Shown here piece by piece: positions 22,060 to 33,574 of a stretch of 64,000 nucleotides of DNA (its first letter is position 1; each line of letters starts with the position of its first letter). The notes below the pieces were generated by a model. It saw nothing but the letters and a program-made list of their open reading frames with translations. It ran no database searches and was not told where the DNA came from. A program made the translations under genes and the position numbers. The DNA is from Rhodosorus marinus CCMP1338 (taxonomy: Eukaryota; Plantae; Rhodophyta), in contig JAMWBK010000005.1 of NCBI GenBank assembly GCA_029953675.1, forward strand, positions 434,001 to 498,000, written 5' to 3'.

Positions 22060-24734
22060 CTAAAACCCTCCCCAAAATCCAAACACACTCCTAACCTAAA
22101 GATCCTTTACTTTTATCAACACTATTAAAAAAAACAGAAAACAAAACCCACTCTCTAACTCCAATCCTTTCCACAATCCAAAAGTCTTCTCAGGAAGCTT
22201 ACCGCCTTTAACGCCCACCCTCCCCAACACCAAACTAAAACTCAAATTAAAACAATCAATTCCCCCCCCCGCCAACCACCGAAAAACGTCTTCTCTTCCC
22301 AACAAAATCAGATATATCCACAAAAGGCCACCAAAATATCACAAAATCCTCTATATTGCCATTCAATAAAAAAAAACCACTTTTTCAGATTCGATCTTTT
22401 TTCATACAAACCAGATCTTAAACTTTCAATTAGTTCATAGGGAGGGGGGTTATGGTTTTTCATGCAATTATTTAACTAAATATGTACCCCTAACAATAAA
22501 ATTAGAGTGTAGTTATTATTTTAGTAAACAATAACTACGAAACTTATAGGGGTGTCACAGTTTTTGCTCTTTTAGAGTTTGGGAGTTTTTTTTTTGTACA
22601 AAGGGTATGGACTCTACTTTCTTTGTTGGGATTTATGCTGTGGCCGGTGGGATAAACGGGGTTTTATGTTTTTCGGAATAGTTTTGATCGTTTTTGTTGT
22701 TGATGGGGTGGGAGGTGAGAGTGGTCTTCGCATCGCGGTGGTTGGTTTTTTAGTTAGCCTTTACAAAGGGCTACGGCAGGGCATGATACAAGCTGGGAAC
22801 GAGGAACGAAAGCGTTCAATCCAAGGGTGCGGTAGCGAGCCTCGGCTGACATGCTGCTAGAATATCACCTTAAAGCGACACTGAGTCTCGTAGTTTGATG
22901 AAGCAGGTCTGGATAGAAAGAAGGTAAATACGTCGAGTTCTGTGGCGCTAATGATTCTGGAAATATACTGTTGATGTTCAGTTAAGCTCAATTGAGCTGG
23001 AAAATTTGTCTCCCGCTCATGAAATCAGGAGGCTTTCGAGTTTGTTTGGATCGATCGTCGATGAGTCGGTCACTGGTTATCCTCTTGGTGAGGTTGGATC
23101 TGTATTGAGGTTTGTTGGGTCTGCGTATGATATGAGAGTGATGAACTCCCGAGGCCATCAGGATAGATCTGGACACTCTATCGGTATGGTCGCTCTACTT
23201 ATTCTGTTGAGAGAGCTTGTTGTGGAGAAACCATGCAAAGTGCTGGCTCGATTGGTTGGCCTCTTGCCTGTTCGTGTGCTTGTTTCAGATTCTATCTTTA
23301 TGGACTACGAATGTTGAGAATAGTAGGGCTCTTTCGTTCGCCGTCGCTGATCAACTCGGTTTTAGACGAAACATTCACGTTCGCCAGGATGCTTTTGAAC
23401 GCTCCAATTCTAATGACCAGCAGATTACGGACTTGAGAACATCTTCTCCCTGTGGCTGTCACCTTCGAAGGGAGAAGCAAAATATCCGTTGACGCTTCAG
23501 CGAGGATACAAGCAATCTGTGATCGACATCTGGCTTCACGCCGTCCTCTCCGTGCCGTTCTCGAATTCAATTTTGCAACCAAGCTTTGTCTCTGTCAAGG
23601 GATTCAGGCGGGTCTAGCCCACGGTCACGTCGCCTTGCTCATCGGAACAAGGGAGATGATTCTGCCTGCAACTCGTGAACTCCGCGAAGTGTACCCCAGG
23701 GTCTTATCATCATCATCATGCGTTTATTCAGGGCCTACCTACCCTGAAGAGCGTCCAACAACAAAGCAGGTAAAAGGGCCAGAGTGTCAGAGACAACTCC
23801 GTGAGGAGGCTGTCAACCGCTGCAGGCATTTCGAAAAACACCTTATCCGGGCGCTGGATACAACTACTATCAAAAATACTAGAGTCCAGACTTCAGAATC
23901 ACAGCGACCCAAATGCGCTCAGCAGCTAACCTATGTCTGCTAAGATTTCGAAGCGAGTGGGTCAAAGGCGTCAACCGCCCAGCGTCGTGGTAGACCTCGC
24001 CACATGCACCACTGTACGGACCACTACACGTCGATCGTCAACCCCAGGGCGCCGATTTTTTGGGAAGAACTTTCCGGACTTCGTTGTCCGGATAATACCA
24101 TACAAAGGACTCCAGAAAGAGATAAGACCCCTTAACGACGAAACTCCGAAGCAACCGAGCTCTCCGAACTATTCAACTATTTCATCAATGCTAAAATTAG
24201 CATATCTGTTTACATACAAAGAGAATTTAATGAAAATATGAATAGAACGGACTGCCACAGAATCCCCGCACTACTAAAAATGGACAACGGAAGTGAGACA
24301 TGGTCGGGTGTTGCATATCTTCAAATTTTGGCAATTTTCAATTAAGCCCCAAGAGACGATCTATTTTCGTCTTCGTGTCAATAAACTCCATTTGGACGGT
24401 TGGGAAGTGGTAAATTGGTGGATTAAATCAGATGGTTTTTGGTTTACGGTCTCTTGGCTACCTTTTGCCTGAACTGCCCGCTCCATGACGAGGCGGTAGA
24501 AGTGCTGACGTCCCGGGGCAAAGCTCATTGTTCGTGAACTAGCGACGTTTGCCTGCATCTTCTGTAGCACAAAGAGGAGCCCGAAAGGTACTTAAGGGTT
24601 GCTTGAGTGTTGATGAGTAGGATGTGTAGAGAGATGACCAACAACAAGCAAACAGAGAGAGAGATAGAGAGAGTTCTGAGACTGAGAAATAACGGGAAAC
24701 AAAAAAGTTGTTTATTTGTCAATACTATTCGAAA

Positions 24735-25022
24735 ATGTCGAGCAAAGTTGTCAGAAGCAATCCGGTGAAGGCGTTCTTCAAGGCCGCTAACGGGGCCTCG
24801 GAGAGGAAGGCTACGAACATCGCGGAGAAGAGAGCTAACAACAAGAATATCGTGGCGTTCAACGGCGGCATGCCCCGTGCTTATAGTAACATGCCTGTTT
24901 GCAGCGCGAAGGACACCGCGAAGAGCATCGGAGAGAAGCGAGCCGACGCCCTGAACATCGTTGACTATTCCGCGGTTAGGCGGTCACATCAGCCAGTTAA
25001 GGTTGTCGAGGAGATGTGGTGA
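24735..25022 (+). CDS. small basic repeat protein, paralog 1 (95 aa), unknown family
   Basis: Clear homology to the ORFs at 27258 and 29224. Doubled IxEKRAxxxNIVx(F/Y) motif; C-terminus KVVEEMW. Confidence 0.85.
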   Translation: MSSKVVRSNPVKAFFKAANGASERKATNIAEKRANNKNIVAFNGGMPRAYSNMPVCSAKDTAKSIGEKRADALNIVDYSAVRRSHQPVKVVEEMW

Positions 25023-26318
25023 ACAGCTAAAAGTGTAAAGTCTGGAGCCTAGGGCTCCAATCAATGTACAATTGTGAATGAGTGCCTTTGCACTGAAACG
25101 AAAAAGTGTCGTCCTACAGTTTTGGAGGGAATAATGCCCTCGTGGGAATATAAATTACGACTTTCGTTTAGATTTTTTTTTTGTGTCCCAAACGTTCTGA
25201 GTGTGAAATTTCAGTGATAATTTCGTGAATCATAGTATCGCTAGCTGCACTCAATGGTCAAAATAGTGTGCCGACTCAGGGGCAAAGCCCCCGCGTCGAG
25301 GAGATCACAGGTATTGAGCCACAGTGATTTGAGGCCACTGGGAGCGCCACAGAAAGAAGTCGGGGCATAGAACACAGAGCAAATAAAAGAACGGAGATTC
25401 TTTGGGTGTAAATTGTGACTACAGGTGATGTCCCTGCGTATGATTTGGACTGCTCGTGGCATAGTTTCGGTGGGTTTCATCCTGCTCTCGGTAAACTTCC
25501 GTGTTCCTGGGCTATAAGAGATGGAGTTCTACGCTGGGTACTAAATCTCGCCCTGCCAAATAAAAATCGCTCACCTCGGAGAACCGGCAATTAATCTCCG
25601 CAATCCATTCATCTCTATGCCCTTTCCTAGTAGTGAGGAGTAGTCGAAAACACAATCACAGGGTAATCAGAGTTTTGTCGTTTGTGCAATGCCGTCCACC
25701 GCGCGACAACGGCTCTCGATGCTCAGCAACATCCGAGTTGCGATGTCCAGCAAATCAACTTCAAAACAAACATTTCTTTCGCATATGAAAACAACAATGG
25801 CTTCGTGAAGCGGTCGGCGATCGCCCCGATCCTCTGCTCACTGTTTACAAGCTGTCTGGTGTTATGTTTCTGTAAGCCGCGCCCTCCTCCACTTCGCCTG
25901 GAGAAATGTATTTCTTGTATTTTCAAGAAATAGGTTTTTTGTAGAAATAGGCTCAGAATGTTTCAGAAATCTGGGTTCGTTCCAATATATTTTAAGAAAA
26001 TAGATAGCAACACGAAAGCAGTTTTGTGGACATTTCTCCTTCAAGAATAATCGCTCTTGGTGACTGGAGAAATGGGGACCCTAGCTGATCCAACGCTGAA
26101 AAGCGTGATTGGCAAACCTAGTTGCAGTAGTATAACTTAATTTTAATCACAATCTAGAAAGAGGAACCCCTTTGTTAGCACCATGCACCGACACCATCTT
26201 GCAAGTCGGAAGGTTTTCGATGGGTTACAGTTAACAAGTGTCAGTCTGACAGTCCCATGGACAAAGGTAGTTTCATTCAATCTATTCAACAATGGAGTTT
26301 CTTGGTGGGCAGATCGGC

Positions 26319-26543
26319 TCATCTACAGCGAGTCGAACTTAGTTTAGCCCTTTGACGGGGGACAAGTGCTACTATTCTCGAGGTTCGATAATTGCGTCGC
26401 TCGTAATCCTGGCTCCTCTGTGTGACTAGCTCTGGAATAAAGTCCATCCCAGTACAGTGGTAAATATTTGCTGGTACTGGCTTGTTGTTCGGAAGGGAGA
26501 AGCGCTCGAAAATGGAGGTTTGGACACGCTGTCGTTTAGTCAC
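26319..26543 (-). mobile_element. decayed Gypsy integrase relic
   Basis: LPNNKPVPANIYHCTGMDFIPEL resembles the L.PLPVP..PW..ISMDFI..LP entry into the Gypsy integrase core. Confidence 0.4.
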
Positions 26544-27257
26544 GTCAAGGTTGAAAGTCTAAACCATCATTCCCAACCGCAATGTTGCAACCGTATGTTT
26601 TCGAACGGGACAGACGACAGCTGAGAACAATTTTCATCTGGCTGTTGTCTTATTCGAAAACATGCCGGTTGCGGTATTGGGGTTCGGAACGATGATTACA
26701 CTTGAGTCTCCCTCATCAACGTGCAGCAGTCCCACCAATGAGCCTCATATTCTCAAACGGATGTGCAAGTATTAGAAAAGCGGCCATCGCCCTGAAACAG
26801 AATCAATGGCTCAAAATTTATAACTATATGAATCAGCACCGTCATGCCCAAATATTATATTGCGTGGAAAAAACCCATCCAGGCGAAAAGCATGGAAAAT
26901 CGATGTACACTATAGTACAAATACATGTTTACTTCAAGAAAATACAAGCCGAACACCAGTTTTACAAGGAGTGAAACTCCCGAATTCTAAGGAACTTACC
27001 CATTGAAGTTGTTTCATTCAGAGCCGGTTGCTTACCGGTTCCGATCGGGGACGTCAGGAGCTAGGTACTGAAAGTAAGCACGAGGTTACTCGCCTTTCAA
27101 CTATCGGAAATATTGGGCGGCTACGAAGACTATAAGAGTGTGGTTTGCTGAACATGGTGGTTGAGGAGTTGGAGTGGACAATAATCAGTTAAGGAAAAGA
27201 AGTGATATAGAGAGGCTTAGAATACAAGTTGAAAAGCGTTTGTTTGGAGAAGTCATA

Positions 27258-27563
27258 ATGAAGATGTCTGACAAAGATGGGAAGAGCAATATCATCGTCC
27301 GTGGACTGAAGGGATCATGGAGAGCCTTTGATGACTGGTCCGATAAGAGGGCTGTTAGCATTGGAGAAAAGAGAGCAAACAACAGGAACATCGTGAACTT
27401 CACTGGAAACGAGAGAGCTGAGATGTACACGAACTGGCCATTGCGGACTGGGAAGAGCAGCAGGGCCCAACGTATTGGGGAGAAACGCGCGGATGCCCTG
27501 AACATTGTGGACTACTCTAGGCCTGTACAGATGCCTATCAAGGTCGTTGAGGAGGCTTGGTAA
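27258..27563 (+). CDS. small basic repeat protein, paralog 2 (99-101 aa), unknown family
   Basis: Contains SIGEKRANNRNIVNFT and RIGEKRADALNIVDYS; ends KVVEEAW. ATGs at 27258 and 27264; TATAAG at 27131. Confidence 0.87.
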   Translation: MKMSDKDGKSNIIVRGLKGSWRAFDDWSDKRAVSIGEKRANNRNIVNFTGNERAEMYTNWPLRTGKSSRAQRIGEKRADALNIVDYSRPVQMPIKVVEEAW

Positions 27564-28654
27564 AACGAAGGTGGTGGAAAAAGGTTACTAACTACAGCCA
27601 CAACGCTGGCCTGAACATAAAATCTTCTATCAAAAATTTGAAAGTATAGCGCATGTCTAAGAACTGCATATAAATAAACAATCGAGTTTTTCTTATGAAA
27701 ACAATCGGAACGACTACAATGCTCAAGGTCGACAAACCGACTGTAGGCCAAGTCCTCTCAAATGGCCCTCTAAATAGTACACAGGATTTCAACACCAGAG
27801 CATGTGGACCCATGCTCAGATAAATGCCGACATTCCTTGTGAACAGATCAGAACGCCGCGAGGGTTTGTCTGTTGGTGATGACTCGGTCCTCGAATGTAC
27901 GACTCAATTTTTATCGTTTATTTACTTCGAGCTTAAGGTATAAATAGGATGAGGCCCACTCAACAGGAATGCAGGAAGAACCTTGCTAGGTGCAAAACTT
28001 GATTTCGCCCTATTTCGTACCAACGCCCGCAATTGATCCTATACTGCTGAAGCGAACTTTGTATGAACGGAACGTTCGCCCTCCGTAGCGCTTAAGACTA
28101 TGGTAGCAAATCCACCACTGTAGATTCTGGCCGGCTTTGAAATGAAGCAGTGGGACGAGTCTACCAGTTCGTCAACTCTCCTAGAATGGGTTTTAAGATT
28201 TGTGTCCGGCTTGCCCAAGCTGTGGAAAACTAAAGAAACCATTGCAGGGTTCAATGCGTGTGCAAAAGACTTCATCAGCGTGTTCTACTCAACCCTTCAT
28301 AAAATTTTCGTCGCATACTCAATCCTCGCAGAAAAATCCAAAAGGAAAGTGTAATTCAATCATTTCTAGAGCGCAGCACAGAACAACCGAAAGTGTGTTT
28401 CAAACGGGTTGTCGGCCCCTAGCTCGCTTGTCCCAAAACGAACTTAAGCAAACAGCCCTAGTCCGAAGGTCGCTCCTGCTTTGTGGAAAACTGGTTTAAC
28501 CATTCACCACATTCGGAGTGGTACCTCCACGTCCTTGAACTACAAATATAGACCTCTGGAGAAGGAACCCGACAGCACCGGCAGTTTCCATAATGAGATA
28601 CTAATAATCAAATGAAGTCTCCCATAAAACGGACAAAAAAACTGCTAGGTCCTG

Positions 28655-28686
28655 ACGGTAAAGCTCCACCACGGTAAAGCTCCACC
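28655..28686. repeat. perfect 16-bp direct tandem duplication (ACGGTAAAGCTCCACC)x2
   Basis: Read directly. Confidence 0.9.
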
Positions 28687-28789
28687 AAGCAAAATGTACA
28701 CTGACTACATATTTTGAAAATAACTAGATCGAGGACCGCTGCTTATCATATTTTAGAAATCGTATCATATAAACGCTACAATTTTTCAC

Positions 28790-29026
28790 TTAAATACTCA
28801 AAATATCAATATCTTTACGTATTAGCTTCCCCCACGTACCATGTTTTAGATAATTTTCCCATATAGTATCCGTTTTTCGAATATTTTCAACCATCAGACC
28901 GGTTTCTATGTCGACAAATATGAGTCTATTGTGTAAGGAAGTTTCTACTCCACGTTTTACGAATTCAGCTTTTGCAGAAGAAAAAACTACAACAGTTTTC
29001 AGGCTACTGTCAGGACTTTGGTACAC
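28790..29026 (-). mobile_element. possible Ty1/Copia RNase H relic
   Basis: KTVVVFSSAKAEFV resembles the Copia RNase H motif Q..VA.SS.EAEY. The rest is poorly conserved. Confidence 0.3.
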
Positions 29027-29223
29027 ATCCGAGGCGACTCAGGGTTGAGGGTCTGTGCATGAGCAGTGCTTTGGAAGAGTATATAAACATGCTTGAGAGC
29101 AAGCGGATGATGGGTGAAGCACGATAGGCTCACTAAAGATCAATACACAGAGACAAGCAATAATCAGAAAGATAGAAAGCAGTTGAAGAGTTATTTTTTT
29201 GCGGGGGAAGAAAGGTAGTCAAG

Positions 29224-29520
29224 ATGTCGAGCAAAGTTGGAAAGAGCAACATCATCGTTCGCGGCCTGAAGGGAGTGGTGAGGAGTGTGGATCAGGCGTC
29301 TGAGAAGAGGGCTGTGAGCATTGGGGAGAAGAGAGCAAACAGCCGGAACGTGGTGAACTTCAGTGGAAATGGGAAGAATGAAATGTACAGCAACATGCCT
29401 ATGAAGTCTGGAAAGGACAGGGCTCGGAGCATTGGAGAGAAACGTGGTGACGCTCTCAACATTATGGACTACTCGAAACCAGCTGCGACGCCAGCGAAAG
29501 TTGTCCAAGAGGCGTGGTAA
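29224..29520 (+). CDS. small basic repeat protein, paralog 3 (98 aa), unknown family
   Basis: Contains SIGEKRANSRNVVNFS and SIGEKRGDALNIMDYS; ends KVVQEAW. TATATAAA at 29080. Confidence 0.87.
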   Translation: MSSKVGKSNIIVRGLKGVVRSVDQASEKRAVSIGEKRANSRNVVNFSGNGKNEMYSNMPMKSGKDRARSIGEKRGDALNIMDYSKPAATPAKVVQEAW

Positions 29521-30060
29521 TTGTAAAACTTGAACTGTTGTACCATGGGCTAATACGAAAACACAGGTTTGAGGTTGTTGTCTAAATTTTTGGATATGTG
29601 CGTAGACTCTCTGAACATAGAAATTTTGGTGAATAAAACAACTGCTTGTTGTGAAATTGGATGTGAATTGCTGTAACCTGCTCTCCAAGGGCGAATCAAA
29701 TCTGTTCAGTTGTAGTCGCGGTTAGTGGGTTGCGTACGTCTGTTGATCATAGGCAAGATGCAAGTGGATGGATTCTTGCTGGGTTAGTCAAATAGAATAT
29801 GTACATCTCCATCGGATTTCCACAATAGATTACTGTTCACGCTGAATTCCTTCTTTGCAAGTGCTTTATGCTGATGGGACGCTTTCCACTCTTAAACAAT
29901 TCCTAGAACATGCGTTTTTTTTATTTATACTATAGTAAGTTTGCAGGTCGAGCTTAGCTCGTCCTCGTAAGTTAGTTCTGTGACTGTAAACCTCTGGCCT
30001 ACTATTGCTTCGTATCAGCGGCTCATTCAGCCTATTTGTTTTTGGTATTCTGTACATACT

Positions 30061-30222
30061 CTACGAAGCGCCCTCAACGCCCCGCTCAGCCGCCCTGAGG
30101 TACTCCACACGTCTTGGTTCCATCTGCCTTATTCCAAACGGCATCGTTCCCATTCGGACACATGGCTTAACAAACACGTCCTCCATCACCATCACAAACA
30201 CCCGACTCTTTCCAACAGACAT
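30061..30222 (-). CDS. 53-aa microprotein, copy A (not in ORF track)
   Basis: Manual translation MSVGKSRVFVMVMEDVFVKPCVRMGTMPFGIRQMEPRRVEYLRAAERGVEGAS. Homologous to 31796-31957, with a shared TATA-containing upstream block. Confidence 0.7.
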   Translation of the reverse strand: MSVGKSRVFVMVMEDVFVKPCVRMGTMPFGIRQMEPRRVEYLRAAERGVEGAS

Positions 30223-30268
30223 ATCACCACCTTCCCCTTTTCCAACTACAACCGCGGCTCTCCTCCTT

Positions 30269-30292
30269 CTCAGTTCGCTTTTATATCACTTA
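30269..30292 (-). promoter_or_regulatory. conserved TATA-containing promoter block of microprotein A
   Basis: TAAGTGATATAAAAGCGAACTGAG, 21/24 identical to 31733-31756. Confidence 0.6.
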
Positions 30293-31271
30293 TAAGAGTA
30301 TCTAAACACTTGATGCTTGTACCATTCGTCCATGTCACTTCTCAACACTATCCAACCTGGATTATATACCCATACAGACCCCGAAAGCATAGCACGCAAT
30401 GCATATGTGTCATCATCACGGAATCTCGAAACCAAACCACAGCCCGCACTTCGAGATGGCAAGAGGTAGAAACTCCGAAATTCATTAGGTTTGCTTTCCT
30501 CGACTAAATATATTTGAAAACTGAGATGAACTATTTCGGGAAACCGGTGATTTGAATGAATTCGTTTTTGGTAGCATTCTCAAAAGGAGTAAGTGTACGA
30601 ACAAATAGCGCTTGAAACTGGACAAATCTATTTGTGGATGACGCCAACACTCAATTGAACGAATTCTGCTCCCTGGCTCCATGAGGGGGATAAGATTGTG
30701 CTTTCTATGATGAGCAGAGCTAGCGATGTGGCGTATGGTGCTTTCTGTTTTGTCTGTCAACAAGCAGCGACGATTGTAAAAACTCGTCGCTTTCCATTAA
30801 GGGGCCATGAGAAGGGCCGGAATGATCTACTCAGAAGATGCTGGAGGTAGGATGCATGACCACACTCGTGGTTAGGAATTGTAGAAGAGAACGCACTGAT
30901 GTACTACTGATCTCGCTCGCATGAGGATTTCAAGGGCACATCAGCCAGTGCCTTGCATAAGGAAGAAATCTATGTGCTCTTCAACTCGTTCACGAGGTCA
31001 TCAGAATTTTCGATAGTTGTGCGTTAGTTACAACAAACATGCCTTTGCCTTACAGATAAACTTACTAAGCTACTGTACTGGGGGATTTCCGAAGATAGAA
31101 TCTCGTTGTTCACCCTCCCAGGAGATGATAAGCTTACACATTATCCGAAGTGAGTTTTCCTTCCACTCAGCCACCGAAACCCAAGTTCAATGCGAAGAAA
31201 ATCCCGATGGGCAAGAACTCAGCCCACACTCCCACAAGTCCATGCCATAGGCCGTACACCACCAGAGATCC

Positions 31272-31326
31272 AACATGATGGTGCCTTTACTGCCAATTAT
31301 TATTGGCAGTAAAGCACCATCATGTT
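31272..31326. repeat. near-perfect hairpin: 25-bp stem, one bulged C, 4-nt loop
   Basis: AACATGATGGTGC(C)TTTACTGCCAAT-tatt-ATTGGCAGTAAAGCACCATCATGTT. Confidence 0.9.
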
Positions 31327-31732
31327 AATAGTTCAACTGATCCCGCAGCTCCCACCGCATTTAGCACCGGTCATCAACCAGCACCAAAATAGATTCAAGT
31401 TTTTCAAATACTTTCAATACGTGCCACATCAGTATTTTCAACGTCCTCCTGAATTCTGCGAAATTCACCATATACCAAAAATAGTTTCTCCTCTTGTCAA
31501 ATAGTTTTAAATGGTAAGAGAACCTCCTACTGTCTGTGCAGTTCCTAAGTGATTGAGCGTGTATCTAATGCGAATAAAAATTGAGCCTTGCGGAGATCAG
31601 CGAAGGTTTTGGATTCTCCTTAGACATCGATTGCTTAGGTGCCGCATGGTTTCGAGGGTCCGTATATGTATATGAGCGTGATCGATGGTGGTTTGAGGAG
31701 AGACACAAGCATCAAGAGTTTAGATAATGCCG

Positions 31733-31756
31733 TAAGTGATATATACGCGGACTGAG
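31733..31756 (+). promoter_or_regulatory. conserved TATA-containing promoter block of microprotein B
   Basis: TAAGTGATATATACGCGGACTGAG, ending 40 bp before the ATG at 31796. Confidence 0.6.
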
Positions 31757-31795
31757 GAGCTGTGTTGTTGTAGTTGTTGGGGAGAAGAAGAAGAT

Positions 31796-31957
31796 ATGTC
31801 TGAGGGAAAGAGAGGAGTGTTCGAGGTCATGGAGGACATGTTTTTGAAGACGGATACACGAACAGGAATGATGCCCTTTGGGCCAACGCCGGTAGGGCCA
31901 AGTCTTGCGCAGTACTTCAAGGATCCGGCGGCTGAGCCTGCGAAAGGACACTATTAG
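31796..31957 (+). CDS. 53-aa microprotein, copy B
   Basis: MSEGKRGVFEVMEDMFLKTDTRTGMMPFGPTPVGPSLAQYFKDPAAEPAKGHY. Shares MS.GK..VF.VMED.F.K...R.G.MPFG with copy A. Confidence 0.72.
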   Translation: MSEGKRGVFEVMEDMFLKTDTRTGMMPFGPTPVGPSLAQYFKDPAAEPAKGHY

Positions 31958-32539
31958 AGAATATAGAGAATAGCAAAATAAGCTTCATTTGGTTGCTGAA
32001 ACGTAGCGAGAGGAGGCCCTGGACGTTAAACCTCAGAAATATGTTTCAAGTACGAGCCAAATCTGGCGAGAAGCCATAACTTAAGAGTACAATGATTCCG
32101 GTTTTCGTCAAGTTGCGCATAGGCCCGAAGTCAGTTGTTCTGACGTTTCGTCTTTGTCTCCCTCCCCTCCCACCTCTCCATTACCGTGGACCCTGAACCT
32201 CCTCTGTTGCCTTCATTTTAGAAATTCGAAGTTGTCGAAGCTCTAACGAGTCAAGCGCTGCGCCGTAGGGTTGAAGCTCATGGCTTCCTAGCACCCCGGC
32301 GTTCGAAACAGTTTTCCAACCAAAACCCTTCCAAGACGTTCTAAAAAATATAACTTATTGCTCGTTCTAGAATTAAGGACCTACCGCCTAATTATGAAGC
32401 CTTCTTCAAAGTTGCATAGTAAACATTAGAAACAATTTCCTCACTTCAAGCTCAATACGACCATTTCAAAATTTAGAAATAAAGTCTTCTTTATTTACGC
32501 ATCTACCCGGACCATCAAGAAAGGCGAGCCGGCAGGTTT

Positions 32540-32960
32540 TCATGGTGACCAACGGAGGATGAGACTTGTTTTAAGAGCGCAAAGACCTCTTATGAGCTTG
32601 AGAGTTCGGTGGAAGATAATACCAAATATAGGGGATACCAGATTCAGTATTGACGTGAATCGGCAGCAAACAGGATAATGGGTAGCAAGCTCTGTTCTCG
32701 ACCTTTTCCTTTCTCCATCACAGACACCTCAAAATATGCGATACCGACTATTTTCAACGTCTCGAGTCTTTATCCGTTTTCACGGATTCACCAATCCCAT
32801 GCGTCCTTACAAATGGTCCTGTAGATGAACCAAAAAGCACCTATCCAGTCAGAAGTGGGATTAGGCGGATTAGTTTAACCAACTCCTTCTATCGCCCCTC
32901 TGACTTCAAAATTCTGCTGTTCATCTGGCACGAAGAAAACTTTCTCCCAATTGGTGTGTT
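32540..32960 (+). mobile_element. decayed Gypsy integrase C-terminal / chromodomain relic
   Basis: Fragments PKYRGYQI and IPTIFNVSSLYPF resemble Gypsy PKY.GPY.I and IHPVFHVS.LKPY. Heavily broken. Confidence 0.35.
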
Positions 32961-33574
32961 TCCATGCGCTTTCGCAACGTCACCGCTAGTAGTCAATCCG
33001 GATTCCACCCTGGGCATCTGTCCCTGGCGCATCAGCTCGTCCTAAACTCATCGTAGCTCGCAACAGACCCAAAAAACATGTTCCAGGGCCATGCTGGACC
33101 CTTATGAGCTGTTCACGGACCGGACCATATCTTTCATAGCTAGTTGTCTAGGAGGTAACAAGGCAACTAACTAGAACCTAAGAGGAGCTAGTCTGTAGCG
33201 TAGCTAAATCATACAAGTTTCTGCAGTTCGCCAAACCCGACTAAAATAGTCCATTCGTATTTGATTGAAATCAGTCAATGTTCTCTACTAGCGAAAAAAC
33301 GCTGTTATTGTGAGAAACGCGATAATCGCGACTTTTGAGGTGTTGGGGAGGATGGCCATTTCTGTTCTTGACGGAGCAGGATTTCTATGTGATTGATGGT
33401 TGTGAGTTACGAGCATGGATACTGGGCCTGTAGAAGGTCGGAATAGAGTTCTGATAGTTGTTGGGGCCGCTTGAGTGAGGTTAAAGCACTTGTTTCGAGA
33501 CCAGTCTCAAGGTTTTTGTCCTTATTTTTTTTTTCTCCCTTTTTGGTTGATGTCTGGAGCGGTTTCTGGGTTCG

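Noticed and set aside
30485-30763. ORF with RHIASSAHH, faintly like the Copia RNase H KHID..YHF motif
   Set aside because: Similarity too weak to call.
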